From positions 10,519,859-10,583,858 of the forward strand of contig NC_134036.1 in the NCBI RefSeq assembly GCF_964204645.1: a stretch of DNA of 64,000 bases. The letters are read 5' to 3'. The translations under genes were made by a program, and so were the position numbers. The notes under the pieces are model-generated. The model saw only the letters and a list, made by a program, of their open reading frames with translations. It was not told the origin of the DNA and ran no database searches. How positions within the stretch are numbered: position 1 is the stretch's first letter; every line of letters starts with the position of its first letter. Of the stretch, positions 48,538 to 60,629 are shown piece by piece. The DNA is from Tubulanus polymorphus. Taxonomy: Eukaryota; Animalia; Nemertea.

Positions 48538-51500
48538 GACTAAAACAAGAAAAGGTTAATTAAATGAGATTGCTGATGCTATTTAGGCAACTTGGTTTAT
48601 ATGGGGGACAATAATTTGTAGGCCTAATGTAAGCGTTATTAAGTAACATTATTATGTAGTAAATACACATTTTAAAGATCATACTTCGTGTATATGTTTG
48701 TGTCGTAACATAGCAACATGACGTCAGAAACGAAAGCTGCGCGAGTCTGGGCCGAAATATTTGACATCTTCAAGGCCCAAATAACGCTAAACCCGGAATC
48801 GGAACGAATTGGCAAAAACATATGTTTAACCCATAAAAACAGACTTTAATCACAATATAAATACTTAATGTTCCGATACCGGGTTTCGGAGATATAGAAG
48901 AATAAAAATACATACCTTTTGGACAAATTTTACGAGAAATTGTTGAATTTCAACCGATTTTCTAAAGAAAAATATGTGTATACACAGCTACTTCCACGTT
49001 GTTCAATGAACTGCAGTGCGCATGCGTAGTATCGATCGCAGAACATTTATCGGGCTAAAACTATTGCGGGTTGATCTGCGACCGAATCAAAGTTGATGTT
49101 GACTGGTGTTCAGCTGGTAACACACACTCGATAAGCGTAGCTTACTGCTGTTGCGGTAACCTTTGATGTACGGGCTGAATTGAATAGCCTACATCCGGCA
49201 ATTAAAAGCGTCCGTATTCCATCTCATCACACTTCCCTGATTTCACCTAGTATAGGAATGGCGTCGTCGTCATTTTCGTCACCTGAGGTTTCTTGACGTA
49301 ATGCAACTTTCTGCGATTTCTTCCTTGGTACAGTCTTGCCTTTCACTAACGACTTACCCCGCTTCTTTTACCGTTCTTCCGCGTTTTTTCTGGATCCGAT
49401 TCGTCGTCATTTTCGTCACCGGAGGTTTCCTGACGTGACGTCTTCCTTTGTACAGTCTTGCCTTTCGCTAACGACTTACCGCGTTTCTTTTTTCGTTCGA
49501 CTGAATGCGATTCGCAACTGTCTGTTGATGTGATCTCATCCGGAGTGGTTTTCTTCGGCGTAGAGTGCCGCCGTGAATCGTCTGAACTGTCAGACTCCGA
49601 TGAAGATGACGAAACTATGGAGAAACCTATTACACTTCAAATCCTAGCCAGTTGCAAAAGTAAGAGCAAAATGATAGAGTTAGAACCCTGACCTCGCTCA
49701 CACTTTGTGTGGAATTCTAACCGTCGATAATAAAAACTACATTGCTTGCATTTGCGCATTTTTCTTCTTTTCCTGCCTTCTTTCAATGTCCTTTTGGCAT
49801 CCCAGCCTTCACTGTGCTTACATTACCGACTCCAGTTCCTTGCCGTCGTTCTCTTTCACTTGTGCTTCACCCTCAGATGTTCTGGCATGTGTGTAATGAG
49901 TCTCCTGCAGACGGGACAGGGGTGCTGAAATAAATGTTTATGAAACATTGTAACAATAAAAGGGCATGATAAAGGTGAACACATACTTTTCCCGGTGCTC
50001 TTTTTTTCGCTTCTTTTTCTGAAGTGGCGAGTTGTCACTCGATTCGTCGGCACTTCCCGGAGCTGGTTCCGTCTGTGGTTCTTCTCTTCGGATTGCTTCT
50101 GTGGTGCTTCTTTTTGGGTTTCCTGTGGTGTTTCTGTTATGGTTTCAACTTCGTCCTGTGGTGCTGATTGTCTTTTCTCTGGAGTTAGCTTAGTCGGGAT
50201 CGACTGACTATTCGTCAGTAACGAAGTATTCCCGAATTTCTCGTCGAGATCGTGTATGTACTGGTGGTTTATCTCTACAATGAGGAGAATTGTTTAAGTA
50301 TTGTACAAAAATCAAACCACATTCACAAGATGTAAAGCAATACATACCGATCAAAGAACCAGCGACCAGTTTGTCTTTCATGCGCTCCATCACTGAAACG
50401 ATTGTGAAATGTTATTTTGCCGGGCCATTACCGACTTTTTGGAACATCGCTATGTGCACATGTGCAACAATCCAATAATAAAATTTGGCTCCGCGTCATT
50501 GAAAATGCTATAGTCCTTGTGAACAAAATTAAAGTAGATGAAAATTGATTAAAAAATCGTCGTAGTGCTGATAGATTCATGTTGTGGCTGTCTTTCTGCG
50601 TCGGATGGACTAATTTTGAAGAATATCTAACGCATTCTACACTTTTACTTTTGATTATGAAAAAAAGGACAGAAATCCTTTCACATTTGCAAGAAACCCA
50701 TGAAATTTCATGCTTTCGGTACGATTTCCAAGCGTTATTGAAAGACAATAGAGTATGATAGAGTTAACGTGCTTATAGATTCTGTAAATATAAGATATTT
50801 TTTACCAATCCCCGCTGAAATTGAGAAAATCAAGATAATTTTCATCATTTACATTTAACCGTGAACTTTAGACAAATTTGAGAGTTGGCCCGAGGATAGC
50901 ACGCGCTGTATTATATATAATCTACTCAAAGACTCTTATATGAATGAAAACTTCAGAACATTTCCAACAAGTTTCTCCCTGGTTGTGATGGTCTATCTTG
51001 AAAAATAAAAAAAGTTCTACACTGGTGAATATTTTCAAGTCACGTTTTTTTCTAAAAAGTGACTTAAAAAAATCACTCTAATTTGAAAATAACGGACCAT
51101 TGTTGCTATGCTACAAGGTCCGCAACAATTGAAAACAAATCAATGGCAGTCCGTGCAGCGGCCAGATATTACACTATTATGACCGAAATAGTTGGTAATG
51201 GAAAAAACAGTACAATGAAGTTTCACTTTGCTTTCAACTTATACTCACAGTCTTCATTATCATCATTGTAATATCTTTCCAATTTGGCTAGAGCGCTGGG
51301 AATTTTAGGTTTTATATCCGTTACTGAAAATTAAGTGTTATAGTGTATTGCAGTTAAATGTTATAAGTAATGCGTGCCCAAATGCCATGAATCTATTGTC
51401 TATAGCCCCAATGGTCTCTGGACCCACTGAATTGGGTTGCTAGCATCGATAAAACCTTCGTATGCAAATGTTTATCGACTCACGAAGGTACGTCTAAAAT

Positions 51501-52419
51501 CAAATGCAACCAAGTCGAACAATATGACGTAGTGCGCGCCTATTGGTTCATTCAATTGTTGCGCTAAAAATAACCGCGCACCTGCACAGCGCGACTTGCT
51601 GCATGCTGACTGAATACGGCACGGAACCCGGACTAATGTCACGTTTTTAGGTACAGAATAAATGGGATTCGAACCGAAACCTAAATAGAACGAAAATAAA
51701 CGTCTTTTAGCGTTTAGCTATGTTGCAACATTCTTCCTTTTTGACCTTATTGCGAGCAGACGGTTAGTCTAAAAACCCGGAAATGTATCGAACATTTTCG
51801 ATTTTTACGGCCTCAAAAACCTCTCGATTTCGAAGGAATCCAAGGTAGATCACAAGCTATCATTAAATGAAAACATAATTGGCTGATGAAGCACTCGATA
51901 ACGATTGAAACGATGTGTCATATACCTATATTCCTTCGGGATTGAAATGAGTAATCATCGATCTTCGTTGTTGGTAACACCCACGACATTTATCGCTGAT
52001 TTGGATTTTGTTTGAATTGTGTTAGATTTCACACACTAGCTACTCAAATACGACAAATTTTATGTAAAATATGAAAACATACGTAACTAGCATTTTTTCT
52101 GCTTTAAATTTTGATGTATAATTCATCTATTCACCTCAAGAGTATACAATTGAAATCGTGTCATCCGTGGCGCTGACCGTCGTAGATGGTGTGATGAAGG
52201 CCTAATATATAACAGTTAGTGGCTACTCACAAAATACTTGAGCCTAACCTAAAAAATATGAACGCTTAAAATACTGATTTTAAGTCAACGAATAGGCCTA
52301 TATTCATTGAACTTGTCTTTGGGAAGTGAATTAGGCCTAGATGTGGTTATCAAGCACGCAGGCCTAGTACTAAGGCTAGGTTGCCTGAGCCGTATAGGCC
52401 CCCCAATCTAATGGCTCCG

Positions 52420-53330
52420 TCCCTGCCTGAAAGTATTAGACCGGCCAGTATAATGAGACAATATCTTCATATTTTAGGGTCGTGTTGTAGCTGATTGTCG
52501 CTGCTCGTGGATCCCGCCGTTTAATTTGCACCTGTGGTGCTCGCGGTAAGTTACACATTGCTCCCCCCCCCCTAAATATGTGGATCCATGCCTGAAAGTA
52601 TTAGACCGGCCAGTATAATGAGACAATATCTTCATATTTTAGGGTCGTGTCATAGACGATTGGTCTCTGTCCGTGGATCCAGCCATTTTTCTCGCACCTG
52701 TGGTGCTCGCTTTAAGTTTCACATTGCTCCTCTCCGTATATTATAAACAAAAACACATCTAATAAGATCTTTTTTTTAGGGTCAAATCGTCTGTTCAGTT
52801 GCTTTTCCTGAGGGTCCCGCTGTTTATGTAGCACTGTGGTGCTCGCGGTAAGTTTACACATTGCCCCCACCCTTAATATGTGGATTAAGCGCTTACATGC
52901 CTGATATTATAGGAATAAAAACACCTCTAACAAGACTGTTATTTGTTTTTTAGGGTCACTTCGCCTGTTCAGTCGCTGATCTCTTGGATCCTTTTCGTAT
53001 TCAGTCGATTATTTCTCATTTTTACCCTTATAACATGACAGTCTTTTCTTTTTAGAGTCAATTCATAGGCTTTGCTGTTAGCTCCGCGGATCCCGCCGTT
53101 TAATTTGCACCTGTGGTGCTCGCGGTAAGTTACACATTGCTCCCCCCCTAAATATGTGGATCCATGCCCGATAAGTATAAGACCGGCCAGTATAATGAGA
53201 CAATATCTTCATATTTTAGGGTCGTGTTGTAGCTGATTTGGTCGCTGCTCGTGGATCCCGTAGTTAATTTGGCACCTGTGGTGGTCGCGGTAAGATAAAC
53301 ATTGCTCCTCCTCCCTAAAAAATTTGCCTG
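52420..53330 (+). repeat. Tandem exon-intron-like repeat units upstream of the transposase
   Basis: Recurrent TTTTAG|GGTC...~68 nt...GCTCGCG|GTAAGT. Confidence 0.8.
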
Positions 53331-53527
53331 CAATGCACCGAAAACCAGTTTTTTATATCTTTTCAGGACCAGTTTTTGTCATGTAGATGTCTCCTTAAGA
53401 TCTTCAGATATCTATATCTATCAGACAACCAAAAGTAAGTAGCTTCGGCAATTATTTAGTGCGATACATGTATCAAGAATCACTTATGCAACTGCTTTCT
53501 AATCATTGTCATGTTTTCATTGTGTAG

Positions 53528-56500
53528 ATGGCTAGCACACCAACTATAGGCTCCAAGGGAAAATCAGGAAAAAGGAAATTGTATTTCGGTTCTCGGTCTA
53601 AGTCAGCAAAGTGCAAAGTTAAAGTGGCTAAAATGTTATCTGCACGTAAGTCTCTTATCAATTTATATTGTCAAGTTTGTTGAAAATAAACATAATTTTC
53701 TGTTACATTTATTGTTTTGAATTGTTAATTTAAGTAAGTCAAATTCGCTTAAGCTGGGACTATCACTAAATTGTCAATGACTATGCACGTACTAGAATTA
53801 AAAATACAAATATTGACAAAAAAAATAGTGACGACATTAGTAAGGTGACGACTTATATCCGATGACAACGAGTTTGACTGTACATTATTAATCAAATATG
53901 GCAAAATGAAGGTACAGGCCTAAATTGGTAAGTTAGTTCTGTATACTACACAAACGTTGATTTTAATTTCATTGAAAACAACACAAGTTCTGTCCATTCT
54001 GCCACAACTAAAGTGCCAATCTGTAAACATCAAGTATTTTTGATATATAACAATCATTGATTTAAATGAGATAAGAAGGAATGTATGTGATTCATGTTAT
54101 TTGTAATTGCTTTTCTTCATATGTAGCACTTTTCATTGTTAGGAAAAACATCGGTCGAACCTGAAACTGATATTTTAAACGAGGATACTACTAATACAAT
54201 TCCAGTTGCATCACTTGAGAGTCTTGCACCTATTTCCTTGGAGTCACCCACGTCTACAGATACTAAAGTAGAAATCCTTCACAAAATTATTCAGGAAAAA
54301 GACATTTTGATTGAAGAACTAAAAGTGAAGTTTTCACATATGGAACAAGAATTTATTAAATGTCAAGAGTTGTTAAAAGAGAGAGATAAAATCATAGAAC
54401 AAAAGGTTACAGAAAATGAGTTGTTAACATCAAATCTAGAAAAGGCAAATGAAAAGGTTTCATATTGTAAAAATTCAAATCTACTTAGAGTAGTCGATGG
54501 GTCAACGAAATCTACTTTTACAGCCGTATCATGTGCGACAGTACCTGCAAGGTTGACTACATACACTAGATTAGAATCTCCTGTTGTCAATTTATCGGTT
54601 GCTAGTCTTCGGACTCTCGAAGAGCGGGCATCTAAAATGAAATACATCGTAGACATTATTTCTTCAAAAGAAGGTCCTTGTATAAATGATAGTTCCTCAT
54701 CTGTTTGTCAGTTTTTATTGCAATATCCTGATTTAGCAAAAGCAGCCCTGCTTAAGTCGAATTTCATGTCTAAGATATTAACCCCTAGTCAATGTGTCGA
54801 TTTAAAACTACATCTCCGTCTTCCAACAAAACGACTTTTACGGATGAAAAGTATTCTTGATTCCATGGGGTTCCCTATTCTCGCGCCTGTTGCCCATATC
54901 CGTCAAGAACTGAATAACCGCAGTAAGGAACTTGTGCCCTATATTGAAGCAGGAGAAACTATTTTACAGGTAAATAGCGGAACGCATGAGAAGAAATTAG
55001 CACCCTTTGTTGTACTGAATGAACCAAAGAAGCAAATTGAAAGAGCTTGTATTCACTTGTCTGAAAACAATCGGCTGCATGATAATGATCAATTCACGAA
55101 TGAAATCTGGGTGAAAATCGGCGTAGACAAAGGTGGAAAAAGTACAAAGATGGTATTTTCCATCATTAATGGTCATTCTCCAAATAGCCCAGATTCAACC
55201 GATTTGTTAGTTTATTTTGAGGCAATAGACAGCCCTGAAAATCTTTAGATAGTCTTCGAAAAATTCCGTGATGAATTTGATACTATCTCCTATGTATCCA
55301 TAGAATTTAAGCAACACCCTGTACGCATCTTTTTCATCGGAGACATCCACTACTTATGTAGCATGATGGGGCATCAAGGCTGTTCAGCCTCATTCCCATG
55401 TCTCTGGTGTTACATAACACTCGATGACCTGCGTAACAAGAAAGGACTGCCTCATAGTCCAAAAAATGTCATTTATCCACTCCGTGACATAAACACATAC
55501 CTACATGACCTAAACGTGATGAATTCCAATGGATCAGCTGGACCACGGAGTCACAGCATAAATCGACCCATGCTTTTCCGACCATTGGACATTGCTCATT
55601 TAGTACCCCCACCCCTTCATATTTCCCCAGGAATTGGATTACAGATTTTTCAATTAGTTGAATAGCGTTGCCAAGAACTAGACAAAACAATCTTAAATGA
55701 GAGAGACCCACTCTTGTATGAACAATGGGCAAACATCTCAGAAAAAGTGTCTCAACCTGAAGACCAGCTAGCTGATCTTAATTCGAAATTAACTTCTTCG
55801 GTAAAACTCACAAAAATGCTATCTACTGCAATGAAAAAAGGTTCTAGTCCCTTAAACTGTTCAGCCGCTATATGTTTGACCAGAGTCATAGATGATCCAA
55901 AAGCGAGTCAATATGTGCACTGCACGAAGTGTGATGCGCCACATCATGAACAATGTATTCTTATTCACCAGGGCAGTAGTCATGCGTTTCACTGCCATCA
56001 ATGTACTACTGGCAAACGAATTTCACCGACTATGGTCATGAAATCTCAAACCAAAGTTCAGGATGATTTAAAATTTGATATCGAAGCCATTAAAATTCGT
56101 TTATTGCCTGCTCGATCATCTTTGAAGTCAATTCATTCAGAAATTCAATCAAATATGGGTCCTCTACAAAATGCACTCGATAACAAGTTACATGAAATTG
56201 GTATTGATCGACAGGCATATCATTCTAATAGTTTCATCGGTAACCATATTCAAAAGCTATTGAAAATTGATGACCACAGTAACAATCCCTCGAAGTTATT
56301 AAGTGTTTTGAATCAATTTCCACAAGAAAAAGCCAAATTACTTACGCTTTTCACAAAATTTAGCGAAATATATGCACTGTACACAGCATGCCGCTTTTTA
56401 TCTCAAGATGAGATCAACAGATTAGAACATCTTTGTCATGACTTTGGAGAATGGTTTCCGACAATGTTTACTGAGTCAACAATAACTCCAAAAATGCATA

Positions 56501-56799
56501 TCCTCGTATATCATGTTGCGGAGTTTGTTAAGACCTGGCAATCACTCGGGCTCTTTGGTGAACAAGGCCTTGAGAGCAAACATGCAATCATGAATGAAGA
56601 TTGTCGAACCTATAGCACTGTGCGCAATCAGGTTCTACGCACTAAACTCATGTTTGTCAATCAAGGTCTGTATTCCAGTAGAAACATTGTGTCCTTGCCA
56701 GTTACAGTGCGAAAGTGTAGTTGTGGTGGCTTTTTCCGTAAATCCCCTTCTAATGAAACAAGACGCTGTCAAGTATGTCTTAAAGATGAATCCATTTAG
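53528..56799 (+). pseudogene. RAG1-core/Transib-like DDE transposase with internal PHD finger; predicted exons 53528-53645 and 54143-56799; two in-frame TAG stops
   Basis: KIGVDKGG, PNS, FIGD, PCLWC, PLH..GIG, FIGNH, ITPKMH...H, GLFGEQGLES align with RAG1 core motifs; ORFs 54136, 55363 and 55714 share one frame; GT-AG junction keeps the frame. Confidence 0.85.
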
Positions 56800-56840
56800 A
56801 CCGCTGAAAAAGAAAAATATCTTGCGTCAATCACATAATT

Positions 56841-57895
56841 TGACAGTAGAGCAGTGGATGGGAAATGGGCAATTCTATGGTGACTGTGGAATTATGACAG
56901 GATAAAAATCGCTCCCGCTCACTACTGTCAGTTATATCCATCACGTAATATGTGTATATAAATGTAAACTGTCTCTCTTGTCTGTAAGTGGTATTGTCTG
57001 TCAGTAGAGCAGTGGATGGGAAATGGGCAATTCTATGGTAACTGTAGAATTATGACAGGATAAAAATCCCTCCCGCTCACTCTACTGTCAGTTATATCCA
57101 TCACGTAATATGTGTATATATATGTAAACTGTCTGTCTTATCTGTAAGTGGTATTGTCTGTCAGTAGAGCAGTGGATGGGAAATGGGCAATTCTATGGTA
57201 ACTGTAGAATTATGACAGGATAAAAATCCCTCCCGCTCACTCTACTGTCAGTTATATCCATCACGTAATATGTGTATGTAAACTGTCTGTCTTGTCTGTA
57301 AGTGGTATTGTCTGTCAGTAGAGCAGTGGATGGGAAATGGGCAATTCTATGGTAACTGTAGAATTATGACAGGATAAAAATCCCTCCCGCTCACTCTACT
57401 GTCAGTTATATCCATCACGTAATATGTGTATATATATGTAAACTGTCTGTCTCGTCTGCAAGTGGTATTGTCTGTCAGTAGAGCAGTGGATGGGAAATGG
57501 GCAATTCTATGGTAACTGTAGAATTATGACAGGATAAAATCCCTCCCGCTCACTCTACTGTCAGTTATATCCATCACGTAATATGTGTATATAAATGTAA
57601 ACTGTCTGTCTTGTCTGTAAGTGGTATTGTCTGTCAGTAGAGCAGTGGATGGGAAATGGGCAATTCTATGGTAACTGTAGAATTATGACAGGATAAAAAT
57701 CCCTCCCGCTCACTCTACTGTCAGTTATATCCATCACGTAATATATGTATATATATATGTAAACTGTCTGTCTTGTCTGTAAGTGGTATTGTCTGTCAGT
57801 AGAGCAGTGGATGGGAAATGGGCAATTCTATGGTAACTGTAGAATTATGACAGGATAAAATCCATCCCGCTCACTCTACTGTCAGTAATATCCAT
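56841..57895 (+). repeat. Seven-copy ~158-bp tandem array of a hairpin-forming unit, 3' of the transposase
   Basis: CAGTAGAGCAGTGGATGGGA...AATTCTATGG TAA CTGTAGAATT...TCCCTCCCGCTCACTCTACTG repeated 7 times. Confidence 0.95.
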
Positions 57896-57933
57896 CAAAA
57901 TATTCGTAAACTCCGCCTTATTGAGTATCATAA

Positions 57934-59000
57934 GGACTGCTGTAAATATTTCATTGAGAATTAAAGAACTTGGGCACATTTGGACTGTAAATATTTCATG
58001 GAGTTGACAGGCAGGGAACTTGGTAGCATTTGAACTGTCAATATTTCACTCAGTTGAGAATCAATATACTCGGGAGAGTTGAGACTGTTGTAAATATTTC
58101 ACTGATTTGACAGCCAGGGAACTCGGTGTCATTAGAACTGTCAATATTTCGCTGAGTTGAGAATCAATATACTCGGGAGGGTTGAGACTTGTTGTAAATA
58201 TTTCACTGATTTGACAGCCAGGGAACTCGGTAGCATGTCAATAGAAAACTGTCAATATTTCACTGAGTTGAGAATCAATATACTCGGGAGTGTTGAGACT
58301 GTTGTAAATATTTCACTGATTTGACAGCCAGGGAACTCAGTAGCATGTCAATAGAAAACTGTTAATATTTCACTGAGTTGAGGATCAATGAAGTTGGTAG
58401 TGTTGAGACTTGTAAATATTTCACCGAATTTGAGAGTCAGGGAACTCAGTAGTGTTGAGACTGCTGTAAATATTTCACCGAGTTGACAATCAGGGAAATC
58501 GGTAGTGTTGAGAGTGCTGTAAATATTTCACCGAGTTGAGAATCAGGGAACTCGGTAGCGTTGAGACTGCTGTAAATATTTCACCGAGTTGACAATCAGG
58601 GGTCAGTTGCACAGTCGTGACTTAAGTCAAAAAGTGGTCTTAAATCTTAAGACTGGTCTTAAGTTGTTAGATTGGCTATAGAACTAAGTTGGTCTTAGAC
58701 TGGTCTTAACTCTAAGCCATGACTATGTAACTGGTCTCCGGGAACTCGCTAGCATTTTGATTGCTGTAATTATTTCACCGAGTTGACAGTCAGGGAACTC
58801 AGTAGCGTTGAGACTGTTGTGAATATTTCACTAAGATGAGAATCAGTTAACTCGGTAGCATTTCGATTACTGTAAATATTTCACCGAGTTGACAATCAGG
58901 GAACTCGGTAGTGTTTTGACTTTTTAAATTTCATCGAGTTGACAATCAGGGAACTCGGTAGTATTTTGACCTTTTATATTTCAACGAGTTTACGATCGGG
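57934..59000. repeat. ~50-bp minisatellite
   Basis: GACTGCTGTAAATATTTCACCGAGTTGACAATCAGGGAACTCGGTAG variants in tandem. Confidence 0.9.
58599..58738. mobile_element. MITE (Harbinger-like TIR), copy 1, inserted in the minisatellite
   Basis: GGGGTCAGTTGCACAGTC...GACTATGTAACTGGTCTC; homologous to 63588-63726. Confidence 0.8.
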
Positions 59001-60629
59001 AAATAGAGAAGATTTTTCCGAATGATTTTTCAAATTCACCAATACTAGCTGTATTAAATAAGGAGGAATCTACTGTATATGTGTAAACTATCTGTCTGTG
59101 GCAATGACATTCACTCTACATTCAGTCCAGTTAGGCCTAAAGTCAAACTCGCTTAAATCGCCAAAGTCGGGGTACCGATTGTGATATCAGACTTCCAGGA
59201 ACTGCTACTAAATTAGATATGAAATTGGAATCATTTATAGTGATGACGAATTAAAAACGAGTTTGACTGTATATGTAAATTTACTTACTGGGTTCCTCTA
59301 GTCGACAGTGCATCGAAATTCCTGTGGTCCATCATTTATTCACTGTAGGCCTAAATGAAAATGAGACAAGATCATTTAGTTTTCAAACTTAGACGAATGA
59401 AATAAAGTTCAAAATCCATGAATATAAAATGTTCTCTTCATTGATTTACGTATTTGTTCTGGTGATACAGCATAGGATAGGACTTGGATTTATAATGTCT
59501 CAACACTTCATGAAAACTTCTAATACGAAACATAAGTTATGAACATATTGAGTCAAGACTAGATAGGCCTAATAAATTGGATTCCCGTCTATAGATTAGC
59601 CAAATAGTGAGCTGTTCAGGAAGACCCTTCAGCGTTGTTGAAAAATTCAAGTCCACTCCAAGGATGGTTGAACCAATGAAACTCCTTCTCCACCCCCCCC
59701 CCCCCCCCCGAGGACAGGTGGTCAGTGCCCAATGCATCAGCTTTATGTCCCGGTAGCCTACAGGCCTAGGCCTATATGAAGCTTATCATGTGACCACCGC
59801 TTGCTAGAATAGCCCAAGGTTCATTCCCTGACAGCTTTACTAACCTAAGGACAAGACAAGATGTGTGGTTAGGTAGGGACATGCAATCTGATCATGATGG
59901 TGGGTAGGCCTACCGCTCGCTGCTGATCACCAAATCAAATCAAATCATGAGTTCTTTAGCCTATTACTTGCCAACTATCGTCGCTTTCGCGAAGATAGAG
60001 TAATTGGATGTTCGTTTAACAATATGGCGTACCTTTTAAGACTTACCTTAATATTTTTCTCCTCTCTGACTGACGACGGCAAGTCAGACTAACAAATCTT
60101 GAATTGAATTGGTTCCACTGTCGGCTGATTTAGGCATAATAGCTTGCAAATCGAACCCATTTTAGGTACTATTAGGTACTAGTTTCCAAAGGTTAGAACC
60201 GAATATGCTGTCTGAAGATGGGTTTTGTACTCTTCGACATATAAAATGCCATTTATGACGCGATTTACTGCGCATTTACATTTTATGCGCAAAGAAGACG
60301 AACACGCACAATGCATTCAGCCATTTTGATAAAAAACAAGGGAATGATTGACGCAACCTATCAAGTTTATAATTAGATTTATTGTTAAGCATCTAATTCA
60401 ATTGTTACTTAAACTACTATCTCTTATTTTGCAAACCATTTTAATAAATGATGACGGTCATTTGAAAATCATCGCGAAATAGATTTTTAAACAAATTCAC
60501 GCGCTAGCCGCGAGTTCAAACGTTGTTGTTTTCTAGAGTATTATGACGTCATACGCATGAGTGCCGCTGATGCAAGTGCGCGATTTCAGGTTCAAGGTCG
60601 CTAAACACTGCGGCTCTGTACCTTCGTGA

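Larger units (their letters stand above)
27100..49239. mobile_element. Non-autonomous DNA transposon (hAT- or P-like) with 33-bp TIRs, hosting the Polinton; ~2.1 kb without the nested insert
   Basis: CAGGGAAGTGTGATGAGATGGAATACGGACGCT at 27100-27132 and its exact reverse complement at 49207-49239; flanking duplication ATTTCAC. Confidence 0.88.
20042..50393 (-). pseudogene. Spliced zinc-finger + tyrosine recombinase gene (Crypton-like), split by nested insertions
   Basis: ZnF CPVCRRLITHMPEHLRVKH (~49860-49920); exon rejoins across the 27100-49239 insertion and splices in frame into the 26410-25511 segment (TIKAY, SRPS, HKT); TLLRK and MLHNPSTAQRYY at 20613-20909; 3' exons to 20042. Confidence 0.75.
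51481..60628 (+). mobile_element. Putative full extent of the RAG-like transposon (CAC...GTG ends)
   Basis: CACGAAGGTAC at 51481 and GTACCTTCGTG ending at 60628, at the junction with Polinton DNA; second inverted block CGCGCACYTGCA; no TSD found. Confidence 0.5.

Noticed and set aside
56841-57895. CRISPR-like array
   Set aside because: Inter-repeat segments are near-identical rather than unique spacers, the units are too long, there are no cas genes and the context is eukaryotic
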